From NCBI GenBank assembly GCA_027021705.1, contig JALUTT010000003.1, positions 11,479-75,478 of the forward strand: DNA of 64,000 nt, written 5' to 3'. The position numbers and the translations under genes are program-made. Below are positions 56,036 through 64,000 of the stretch, piece after piece. The notes under the pieces were generated by a model, which was not told the origin of the DNA, did not search any database, and worked only from the letters and a program-made list of their open reading frames with translations. The DNA comes from Anaerolineae bacterium. Its GTDB lineage: Bacteria > Chloroflexota > Anaerolineae > S140-20. Numbering within the stretch: position 1 is the stretch's first letter; the number at the start of each line of letters is the position of its first letter.

Positions 56036-57448
56036 CTAGTCGGCCAGCCCCTCCACATCCTCACCGGCCGCTTCGCCACCCAGGTAGTCGGCCAGGGACC
56101 GGTGCATCTCGATGCGGGGCGCGTACCGAACCGCCAGGTCGAGGGTGTCCACCACCTCCAATTGCTCGAAGAGGAAGCCGAACTTGGCCTCCAGCCGTTC
56201 TCGGATGGTCCCTTTGAGCTCCTCGGGCAACCCCCAGAACTGGGCTTTGAAGGGCCCCAGCGCCCGCTTGCGCTCCTTGTAGAGGAACTGCTCCTCGGTC
56301 TGGCCCGGCTTCCAGTTCTTCTTGTAGTGCTCCTTCAGCCAGGCGTAGACCTCTTCCCGCAGTGCCTCAGGCAGCAGGTCGTAGATGATGTTCTGAAAGC
56401 CGGTGGCCAGGTGGACCTCCAAGGCCCCTGCCTTGACGAACTCGTTGAAGGCTTCGTCGGGCAGGGTGCTGGCCCCGTGCTGGACGGCCCCACCCATGCC
56501 GTACTCCTTGCGGGCGATCTCCGAGAGCTGCCGCATCACGTCGAAGTCAATGGCCACCTGGGCCAGGCTCCCGTCGGGCAGGACGACGCCCCCGTGGCTG
56601 GTGCCGGTCTGGATGCTGATCTTGCTCAGGCCGACCATCCCCTCGGGCAGGGTGCGGTTGAAGCCGTCCATAAAGGCCCGCAGTTCGCGCTCGTCGGAGT
56701 TCTTGCCGCCCACCTCGCCGATCTCGCCGCCCACGGAGACGGTGATCCCCTCGGGCTCCCGCTCCCGGATGAAGGCGGTCAGTTCGGCGCAGAGGGTGTA
56801 GTTGAGCCGCTGCTGCTCGTCCACGGTGGGCTTGCTCAGATCCACCAGCGTGGAGGTGTCCACGTCAATGTTGAAGAAGCCGGCCTGCAGGGCTTCCTCG
56901 GTCAGCTCGCGGACGGCGTTCAGCTCTCCTTCAGGGTCTTTGGCGTAGCGGCTGGCGCTCACCTGGAAGTGATCGCCCTGGACGAAGAGGGGGCCGCGAT
57001 ACCCTTCCTTGATGGCTGCCGCGAGGACGCTGCTGATGTACTCGGAGGGGCGCTGGTCGGTGTACCCGATCTCGGACCGGGCGATCTCGAAGATCATCGC
57101 CCCGACCCGGCGGGGGATGGCCGCCCGGAAGACGGCCCGAGCCATATCGTAGGTCATCGCCCGTAGGTTCATCGCCGGCACGGTGAAGCCACTGGGGACC
57201 TCTCCCTTGCCCCGGGCGATGTAGAGGGGGTGGATGGTGGTGGAGTAGATGCCCAGGGCCTGCCCCAGCTCCCACAGGAGCCAGCGAGCCGCACCTCGCT
57301 CCTGAGGCGATCCGAAGACCGCCGTGTGGGCCAGCCGGTCAATGGGCTCACCGCGCAGGCCGGCCTCATCCTTTACCACGACCCGCCCATCCTCCACGGC
57401 CACGGTACCGTCCAGCGAAGCCAACAAAGTTTCCAAAGGGTTGTCCAT
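56036..57448 (-). CDS. Class II fructose-bisphosphate aldolase family protein (long form)
   Basis: VPAMN, QGDH, DVDTS, GGEIGEVG, QTGTSHGG, VQHGAS, HLATG. Confidence 0.85.
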   Translation of the reverse strand: MDNPLETLLASLDGTVAVEDGRVVVKDEAGLRGEPIDRLAHTAVFGSPQERGAARWLLWELGQALGIYSTTIHPLYIARGKGEVPSGFTVPAMNLRAMTYDMARAVFRAAIPRRVGAMIFEIARSEIGYTDQRPSEYISSVLAAAIKEGYRGPLFVQGDHFQVSASRYAKDPEGELNAVRELTEEALQAGFFNIDVDTSTLVDLSKPTVDEQQRLNYTLCAELTAFIREREPEGITVSVGGEIGEVGGKNSDERELRAFMDGFNRTLPEGMVGLSKISIQTGTSHGGVVLPDGSLAQVAIDFDVMRQLSEIARKEYGMGGAVQHGASTLPDEAFNEFVKAGALEVHLATGFQNIIYDLLPEALREEVYAWLKEHYKKNWKPGQTEEQFLYKERKRALGPFKAQFWGLPEELKGTIRERLEAKFGFLFEQLEVVDTLDLAVRYAPRIEMHRSLADYLGGEAAGEDVEGLAD

Positions 57449-57492
57449 AGATTACCTCCTGGTCAGGGATAGTGGTTGGAGGGTTCACCCGT

Positions 57493-58002
57493 TCAGCCTG
57501 GGTGACGGTGTTCTTCGGGCCGGCTTCCTTCCCCCCGGATCAGAGCGATGGCGTGGGGCAGTGCCGGCAGGATCACCTCCAGGTTCTCCCGCACCGCCTT
57601 GGGGCTACCCGGCAGGTTGATGATGAGGGTGTGCCCCCGGATGCCGGCCACGGCGCGGGAGAGCATGGCGTGAGGGGTAACCCGCAGGCTGGCCGCCCGC
57701 ATCGCCTCGGCCAGCCCAGGGGCCTCTCGCTCGATGATGGCCCGCGTCGCCTCCGGCGTCACGTCGCGGGGGCCGAAGCCGGTTCCCCCCGTGGTCAAGA
57801 TCAGGTCCAGTTGGGCCTCGTCGCACCACTGGCGCAGGCCCGCCTTGATAAAGCGGAAGTCATCAGGAACGACGCTGGTCAGGGCCACGTGAGCACCGGG
57901 GAGCCGTTCCTCGATGATCCGGCGGATCAGCGGCCCGGACTCATCCTCGTACTCCCCCCGATAAGCCCGGTCACTAATGGTCATAATGCCCACCTTGATC
58001 AT
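57493..58002 (-). CDS. mog: Molybdopterin adenylyltransferase MogA/MoaB
   Basis: TISDR, VVPDD, TTGGTGFGPRDVTPEAT, LSRAVAG, NLPGSP. Confidence 0.92.
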   Translation of the reverse strand: MIKVGIMTISDRAYRGEYEDESGPLIRRIIEERLPGAHVALTSVVPDDFRFIKAGLRQWCDEAQLDLILTTGGTGFGPRDVTPEATRAIIEREAPGLAEAMRAASLRVTPHAMLSRAVAGIRGHTLIINLPGSPKAVRENLEVILPALPHAIALIRGEGSRPEEHRHPG

Positions 58003-58388
58003 CGGTATTCCACCCGTTGGCGAAAAGTCGGCGTCACGCGGGTAAACCCCTCGAGAGAAGCAAGGACCCTGGACTCTCGGAAGTCCCGGGCATACCGTAG
58101 GTGCTGAAACAGACGTCTTAGGATTTCCTGGATAGCTTTCGGACCTCCTAGAACACCGGGTTCCACGACAATGATGCCGGGGTGACGCTGTAGTGGGTAC
58201 TTCCGGAGGTTCAAGAAATCCTTGTCCAGAGTCAAAAGGATACGCCGTTGACGCTTGGCATAGGCGTAGTGAAAGGCGTCATCTCGACGCTCAAACCCCA
58301 TCTCCGCTGCTGTGATGCACTTGTGGCCTCGCTGCCGCAGGTAGGCGACCACCTGAGCCGGAACGTCGGCATCGGCGTAGAACCTCAC
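57999..58388 (-). CDS. DUF5615 PIN-like (VapC45-type) toxin
   Basis: [32 protein letters not shown]. Confidence 0.87.
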   Translation of the reverse strand: MRFYADADVPAQVVAYLRQRGHKCITAAEMGFERRDDAFHYAYAKRQRRILLTLDKDFLNLRKYPLQRHPGIIVVEPGVLGGPKAIQEILRRLFQHLRYARDFRESRVLASLEGFTRVTPTFRQRVEYR

Positions 58389-58630
58389 CAGTGGAACTCC
58401 TCGGGCACTTCGGGCTGATAGCCCAATTGGAGGATGATGTAGGCTATGCCTCGTTCCAGGCTCGCGCGGTCTATGGTAGGGTAGTCGCTGAGGAAGTCCT
58501 CGATGGTCAGCCCATCCAGGAAGTACTGCAAGATGGTGTAGAGGGGCACTTTAGCCGTCTCGAAGACAGGACGCTCACCGTCAAACGCCACCCCTTCACG
58601 CACAGGCAGATCAACCTGTTGCTCACCCAT
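58385..58630 (-). CDS. DUF433 (VapB45-type) antitoxin
   Basis: [36 protein letters not shown]; overlaps the toxin start. Confidence 0.85.
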   Translation of the reverse strand: MGEQQVDLPVREGVAFDGERPVFETAKVPLYTILQYFLDGLTIEDFLSDYPTIDRASLERGIAYIILQLGYQPEVPEEFHW

Positions 58631-60341
58631 TTTTCTTCCCCTGTTCGCTTCGCTCGATGAGCTTCATCCACTCGCCGTGGAGGCCGGCTTCGCTGACACC
58701 GTAGTAGACCCGGATGCGGCCATCGTCCCGCTGCACCAGGTCGTAGAGCACCTGGCCCTTGAGCTTGCGCTTCTTCCACAGGCCGATCTCCCCCTGCCAC
58801 TGCACCTTCTCCGGGTCCACCGGGTGCCGCTCGTGCTGGGTGATGGCGTAGTGCCAAAGCCGGCGGGCCGACTTGCGGGTGACGTTCTTGACGATGTTGC
58901 CGTTGCGCAGGTCCCGCATCGTGTGGTACAGGGTGCCCTCCCGCTCCTCGCTGGCCACGATCTCCACGCCGGTGCGCGGTGGCTCGATCCGCCCCTCCAC
59001 AATCTCCGGGGCTGCGGTCGGCTGGAGCCCCAGCCCCCGCCGGACCAGTTGGACGATCTCATCGCGCACGGCCAGGCTGGTCTCCGCCTCGTCCCGGACG
59101 TAGATCTTGTTGTCGTCTATGGCGTAGGGCGGGTCCTCACCCCGGGGCACGATCAGGCGCACGACCTTGACCCCCCGGGTCTCCTGCACATCAATGGCGA
59201 CGTCCAAGGGTGGGGTGATCTTGCGCTGGATCTCCTGGCGCAGGAGGGCGACGACCTGATCGGGCTGATCGCCGACGCCGGCCGGGGGCTCCCGGGGATC
59301 GCTGCTGACGCCCACGTAGATGGTGCCCCCGTTGGTGTTGGCCATCGCGCAGACATCGGCCACGATGGCGTAGAGCCGCCCTCCCCGCCGGGAGTAGCCC
59401 CGGTGGAAGGCTTGGACGATGTTGGGGCCTTCCTCGCGGGCCGCTTGGACGTGGTCGAAGGGGGTGCGGGCCGGGAAGTAGGGGCGCGTGCGGGCGAAGT
59501 CATCGCCCAGGAAGAGCTCCCGCAGGGCCTCAAAGCTCACCTCGGGCAACAGCACCTCCGTCACCCGGTCTCCGATGCCCAACCGCCTAGGGTTGCTGGG
59601 ATCCCGTACCAGCCGGTGGGCGTCAGAGCCCTGGATGCAACGCATGCGACGGGGGTACTCGGGCTTCGAGCCGTCGAAGAAGTTGGCCGTCGTGCGCCGC
59701 CCCTTCTTGTCCAGGTCGGTCACCTCCAGGGCGTGCAGGTGGGGGTCCTGGGTGTAGGCAATCCGGGTCTGTCCGCCGAAATCGAAGCCGCGCATCGCCA
59801 CACCGTGGGCAGAGTTGGCGTGGGCTGCAATCACAATGCCGCCGGCCTCGTCAATCACCCGATAGGCGGTCAGCACATCCGAGGTAGCCCCGACCTCCAC
59901 ACTCCCTTCGTAGAGCTTCTCCGGTGGGACCTTCAGCTCCAGGAGGATGAACTCCAGTTCCCGCAGGGGGGTCGTGTCGGAGAAGATGCCCAGGATGTGA
60001 AATCCGAAGGTGGCGGTGAACTCGAAGCCGGGGAGCACCAGGAGCTTCTGCAACAGGCGTCGGTATTCCTCAAGCTGGCGTGCCTCCTCGGGGCGGATCC
60101 GCTGGAGCCGTTCCAACAGCTCCAGCTCCTGGATCTCCTTACGCATCTTCTCGTAGCCGGCCACCGTGTTGTGGTCGGTAAAGGCGATAATGTCCAATCC
60201 TCGGGCTTCTGCTGTCTGCAAAATCTCCAAATAGGTGCGCTCCGGCTCCTCGTAATCCGCCGAAGCAGGCGTATGGATGTGCAGGTCCATACGCCGCCAC
60301 TGGTGAGAACTGTTGGAATTTCTGCGCTTGTTGTTCATCAC
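58623..60341 (-). CDS. PHP phosphoesterase-Schlafen/AlbA_2 domain fusion protein
   Basis: [30 protein letters not shown] (PHP); [17 protein letters not shown] (AlbA_2). Confidence 0.85.
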   Translation of the reverse strand: MMNNKRRNSNSSHQWRRMDLHIHTPASADYEEPERTYLEILQTAEARGLDIIAFTDHNTVAGYEKMRKEIQELELLERLQRIRPEEARQLEEYRRLLQKLLVLPGFEFTATFGFHILGIFSDTTPLRELEFILLELKVPPEKLYEGSVEVGATSDVLTAYRVIDEAGGIVIAAHANSAHGVAMRGFDFGGQTRIAYTQDPHLHALEVTDLDKKGRRTTANFFDGSKPEYPRRMRCIQGSDAHRLVRDPSNPRRLGIGDRVTEVLLPEVSFEALRELFLGDDFARTRPYFPARTPFDHVQAAREEGPNIVQAFHRGYSRRGGRLYAIVADVCAMANTNGGTIYVGVSSDPREPPAGVGDQPDQVVALLRQEIQRKITPPLDVAIDVQETRGVKVVRLIVPRGEDPPYAIDDNKIYVRDEAETSLAVRDEIVQLVRRGLGLQPTAAPEIVEGRIEPPRTGVEIVASEEREGTLYHTMRDLRNGNIVKNVTRKSARRLWHYAITQHERHPVDPEKVQWQGEIGLWKKRKLKGQVLYDLVQRDDGRIRVYYGVSEAGLHGEWMKLIERSEQGKKNG

Positions 60342-60398
60342 ATTCTTTCCACCTCTCGCAAAATCTCTGCAAAATATGACGGGACCACGTCCCGTCCA

Positions 60399-60752
60399 TC
60401 AGTTGAGCAGTCGTTTGACCTCTGCCAAAAGCTCGGCGGGCCGAAAGGGCTTGAGGATGAAGCCTGAAGCCCCCGCTCGCTCACACTCGATGCTGTGATC
60501 CAGCCCTGAGACCATCAGGACCGGGATCGCCTTCAGATCGGCGTCAGCCTTCAGGGCTCGGAGCAGCGGAAGGCTCTCCTGCTTCGCCAGGTGGTAATCC
60601 ATCAGGATCAGATCGGGAGCCACCTCGCGGGCGACGGTGAGCACCCGGTCGGGATCGGGACAAAGGGCCGTCTGATACCCCTCGATCTCGAAAAGGGTCT
60701 GCAACAACCCGGTGGTTGACCGATCATCTTCCACGATCAAAATCTTGGCCAA
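60399..60752 (-). CDS. Single-domain response regulator (CheY-like)
   Basis: KILIVEDD, PDLILMD, IPVLMVS, GASGFILKPF. Confidence 0.92.
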   Translation of the reverse strand: MAKILIVEDDRSTTGLLQTLFEIEGYQTALCPDPDRVLTVAREVAPDLILMDYHLAKQESLPLLRALKADADLKAIPVLMVSGLDHSIECERAGASGFILKPFRPAELLAEVKRLLN

Positions 60753-61044
60753 AGGACACCTCCTAACCCACGTAGTTCCTGATACAACCCGTTGTCTTCC
60801 CTACTCATGCACTTCAGCCCCTTTCGCCCCCCCCAGGGCAACCAGGACGGCCCAGGATGTCGTAATTATACTCGCAAGAGGGGGGAACTGCAAGGGTTTA
60901 CCCGGTGGCCTTCGTCGCAAAAGCGGGTATAATTCCAAAGCCCTGCGAGTTGCTCCTCCGGTCGGCCGGACGCCCGGCGCCCGGCAGGTGACCGGAGAGA
61001 CGGCAACGGGCAAGGGGAAGACTGCCGCTTCTTCAGGATGGTCT

Positions 61045-63582
61045 ATGCCTGCTCACGAAGCCCTGAGCACTCTCAAGCGGATGGAACGCCTTCGCCCCCA
61101 CCTGGTATCCCTTGCTACCGGTCCCCTTTTCGCCGGCGTGTTGGTCCTCTACACCCTCACGCTGGCCCCGGGGGTCCTCTTCGGCGATCCGACAGAGTAC
61201 CAGTTCATCCCCTACATCCTGGGCATCGCCCATCCGCCGGGCTACGCCTTCTACACACTGCTGGCAGCCCTTTGGCAGCGGTTGGTGTCGGTGGGGACGG
61301 TGGCCTACCGAACCAACCTGTTGGCAGCAACGGCCGGCGCCGTGACGGTGCTGCTGGTCTACGGGATGGTGGCAATGCTGCTCTCCTCCTCCCGGTCCGC
61401 CCAGGGCCGTTCTACGACGCCCCAGGTCTCCCCATCCGGGCCTCTCCTGGCCGCCCTCTTCGCCGCCCTCTCCCTGGCTGCCAGCGCCGACTTCTGGCAG
61501 CACAGCCTCCACGCCAATGCCCACATCGTCAGCGCCGCCCTGGCTGCCCTCACCCTCTGGACCGGCCTCCGCTGGTGGCGGACGGCGCGACCCCGTTGGC
61601 TCTACGCCTTCGCCTTCCTGGCCGCCTTGGGGGTCACTCACCACCCCCTGCTGGCTTTCGGAGGGCCGGCCTACCTGCTTTTCACCCTCATCCTGCGCCC
61701 TCGCCTCCTGCGGGAACCCCGTTCCCTGCTGAAGATCGGTGCGGCCCTGGCTTTGGGCTTGGTTCCCTTCCTATACTTCCCCCTGCGCAGTCCCACGGCC
61801 CCCTTCGGCCCCACCGATATGCGGACCTGGGCCGGCTTCGTCCGCCACGCCACGGCCCAGGGGCTGCGGGTCAACCTCTTCCACTTCGGGCTGGCCGATC
61901 AGCCGGACCGGCTGCGGGTCTTCTGGGAACTGCTGCGGCTCCAGTACCCTCTGCCGACGCTGGCGCTGGCCGGTGCGGGCCTGCTCTGGCTGCTCCGCCG
62001 CCGTCCGAAACCGGCCTCTTTGCTCCTCCCTTTCTTCCTCACCCACCTGGCCTTCACCATCAACACCGTCCAGGACGTGATGGCCTACCTGCTCATCCCC
62101 TTCACGGTGGTGGCGGTACTGGCCGGGCTGGGTGCCGGCTGGCTTGCCGCCCTCCTCCGACAGTGGGGGCGTCCCAGGGAATGGCTGGGCAGCGGGTTGG
62201 CGCTCCTGTTGCTGGTCCTGCCGATGATGACAGCGCTGCACAATGGCCCTCGCCTCTCCCTACGGAACTACCGGGCCGCCGAGACCTATACACAGGAAGT
62301 GTTCGACCGCTTCGCCGGCCGGGGTGAGGGGGCCGTGCTCCTGGCCGACTGGGAGCACCTGACCCCCCTCTGGTACGCCCAGTATGTGGAAGGACGCCGG
62401 CTGGACCCCCAGGACGTCGAACTGGTCTTTGTCGCCGCCGGCAGCGCCAACCCCTGGGTGGAGAACGTCTGGGCCCGCGTCGTCCACGAGCAGTGCATCC
62501 CCCGCTTCGAGCGTCCCCTCTACCTCTCGGGCTACCGGCGGGAGGTGGCCCAGGCCGAGGTGCGCCCTCAGCCTCCCAACCGGTGCCCCGAGCGGATCTA
62601 CGGTCTGCGGCTGCGCCCCGTCGGCCCCACCCTCTACCGGGTACTGCTCTCCTCTGACCGTACCCTCCCCCCTCTGGCGCAGCGCCTGGACTTGGTGGCC
62701 GACGACGTGATCCGGCTCCTGGGCTACGAGCTGGACCGGGAGCGGGTGCCGGTCGGGGAAACGGTCTACCTGACGCTGGCGATGCGGACGGATCGCCGGC
62801 TGAAAGACTACTACCTGCCCTTCGTCCTGCTGGGCGATCGGGCCTATCGCTGGACGACGGACAGCCGGCTGAACACCCCCTGGTGGGAGCCGGGCGAGGT
62901 GGTGGTGGAGCGGTTTGAGATCACGATCCCCTTTGGGGTGCCTCCAGGGCGTTACCCCCTGCGGTTGGGGATGCATAACCTATCCCGGGGCGAGGACGTG
63001 GTCCTGACCGAAAGGGAGGGGGAGGATAGCGGAGGGGAGATGATGATCGAACTGGGGACGCTGGAGGTGGCGCCAGCTCGCGGAGTTACGCCTTCCAGAG
63101 AGGTCCTGGCCCGGGCGCTGGGCAACTTCGATAGCAAGATCGCGCTGGTGGGGGCTCGGGTGCGGGCTGGAGGGCAGCGGCGGGAGGCTCCCTGGCGAGA
63201 ACCCCTCCGCCTTCGGGCCGGCCAGACCCTCCATGTGACCTTGGGCTGGCGGGCCCTTCAGCCGGTGCTGGAGAGCTACACCGTCTTTGTGCACCTGATC
63301 GGTCCCGACGGGCAGGTGTGGGCGCAACAGGACTACACGCCGATGGGAGGGGCGTTCCCCACCTTCCTCTGGATTCCCAAGTGGATCGAGGGGCAGCAGG
63401 TGGCCGATCCCTCGTACCGACTGCGGGTGCCGGACGAAGCCCCGGCGGGCGATTACTACCTGGAGGTGGGGCTCTACGGGATGACGACGGTCCGGCGGTT
63501 GCCCCTCTTCGACCGGCAGGGGAACCTGGCCGGGGATCGGGTGGTACTGGGGCCGGTGCAGGTGGTGCGGGGAGAACCATAG
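61045..63582 (+). CDS. DUF2723 (TMEM260-like) GT-C membrane glycosyltransferase
   Basis: YTLTLAPGV..GDPTE..LGIAHPPGY, GVTHH, many TM helices, C-terminal Ig-like repeats (YTVFVHL..G..WAQQD); start 61045 or 61081. Confidence 0.85.
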   Translation: MPAHEALSTLKRMERLRPHLVSLATGPLFAGVLVLYTLTLAPGVLFGDPTEYQFIPYILGIAHPPGYAFYTLLAALWQRLVSVGTVAYRTNLLAATAGAVTVLLVYGMVAMLLSSSRSAQGRSTTPQVSPSGPLLAALFAALSLAASADFWQHSLHANAHIVSAALAALTLWTGLRWWRTARPRWLYAFAFLAALGVTHHPLLAFGGPAYLLFTLILRPRLLREPRSLLKIGAALALGLVPFLYFPLRSPTAPFGPTDMRTWAGFVRHATAQGLRVNLFHFGLADQPDRLRVFWELLRLQYPLPTLALAGAGLLWLLRRRPKPASLLLPFFLTHLAFTINTVQDVMAYLLIPFTVVAVLAGLGAGWLAALLRQWGRPREWLGSGLALLLLVLPMMTALHNGPRLSLRNYRAAETYTQEVFDRFAGRGEGAVLLADWEHLTPLWYAQYVEGRRLDPQDVELVFVAAGSANPWVENVWARVVHEQCIPRFERPLYLSGYRREVAQAEVRPQPPNRCPERIYGLRLRPVGPTLYRVLLSSDRTLPPLAQRLDLVADDVIRLLGYELDRERVPVGETVYLTLAMRTDRRLKDYYLPFVLLGDRAYRWTTDSRLNTPWWEPGEVVVERFEITIPFGVPPGRYPLRLGMHNLSRGEDVVLTEREGEDSGGEMMIELGTLEVAPARGVTPSREVLARALGNFDSKIALVGARVRAGGQRREAPWREPLRLRAGQTLHVTLGWRALQPVLESYTVFVHLIGPDGQVWAQQDYTPMGGAFPTFLWIPKWIEGQQVADPSYRLRVPDEAPAGDYYLEVGLYGMTTVRRLPLFDRQGNLAGDRVVLGPVQVVRGEP

Positions 63583-63609
63583 AGAGGCTGACCGTAGGTC
63601 AGCCTCTCT
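63581..63609. terminator. Hairpin between convergent genes
   Basis: AGAGAGGCTGACC/GGTCAGCCTCTCT inverted repeat. Confidence 0.65.
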
Positions 63610-63679
63610 CGACGCTACAACCCGGTTCGCCTTCGGCAGGGCCCCGATCCGCTCGAAGGCGGGTGGTGCGCGGTCAGGC

Positions 63680-63892
63680 TCATACAAAGGGTCGGGCCAG
63701 AAGGAAGGCAAGCACCAGCAGGAGAAGCGCGATGGGTGTGCCGCCGGCTGCCGTCTCGTCTCCCATCTGGACGCTGAAGGCGGAAAGCAGGAGCAGGGAG
63801 AGGCTGGAGATGGCCAGCAGGACAGCGATGGAGAGTGCAGCGATCTGCACCAGTGGGAAGAAGCTGCTCGCCAATGTTTCAAACATCATCAT
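63680..63892 (-). CDS. Small two-TM hypothetical membrane protein
   Basis: SD AAAGGGG, two hydrophobic segments. Confidence 0.55.
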   Translation of the reverse strand: MMMFETLASSFFPLVQIAALSIAVLLAISSLSLLLLSAFSVQMGDETAAGGTPIALLLLVLAFLLARPFV

Positions 63893-64000
63893 CCCCCTTT
63901 CCGTGGTGCCAGAGCCAGGGCTCTGGCCGATCGTTCCTACCCGCGATCCACCTTCAGGATAGCACGGAAAGGGGGAGATGACTGTGGACTGCTCTTCAGT

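Noticed and set aside
1..64000. tRNA (including selC), rRNA, transposase, integrase or prophage genes
   Set aside because: None recognised by eye; tRNAscan-SE/Infernal would be needed to exclude them

Overview
GC-rich bacterial chromosomal segment. It is most likely a Chloroflexota/Anaerolineae-type monoderm, inferred from lipoproteins with PTP..VKETVVV linkers, an LPXTG protein, a DUF2723 glycosyltransferase and the NirS-eNOR cluster. In order: (1) an OmpR-type regulator and receiver protein, then a denitrification operon: lipoprotein NirS with an extra cytochrome c, a 52-aa small subunit missing from the ORF track, eNOR-type heme-copper subunits II and I, a DsbD_2 protein, a CcoI-like Cu-ATPase, a cytochrome b/2x4Fe-4S/MvhD fusion, ctaB and ctaA, interrupted by an antisense DUF6516 toxin-antitoxin pair. 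(2) A ROK-regulated alpha-1,6-glucan locus with a 1770-aa secreted GH66(CITase-like)-CBM35-GH15 fusion, a cytoplasmic GH66, a GH15 and an ABC importer. (3) A UbiB/ABC1 kinase with an apparent ATC start. (4) cstA followed by two tandem thioredoxin-like paralogs, one CxxC and one with an in-frame UGA at the same position (UxxC) plus a SECIS-like hairpin. This candidate selenoprotein is the top finding. (5) A LacI-iolM-iolG inositol locus with two ABC systems and a MetE-like gene. (6) A GntR-BMP nucleoside uptake/catabolism operon. (7) Assorted genes, including a HEPN-remnant/MNT fusion, a class II aldolase, Mog, a DUF433/DUF5615 toxin-antitoxin pair and a PHP-Schlafen(AlbA_2) fusion. Several dispersed palindromic MITE/REP-like elements and 7/8-mer arrays occur. 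No rRNA, tRNA, CRISPR array or transposase was recognised. All family calls are by-eye motif recognition, not database searches.
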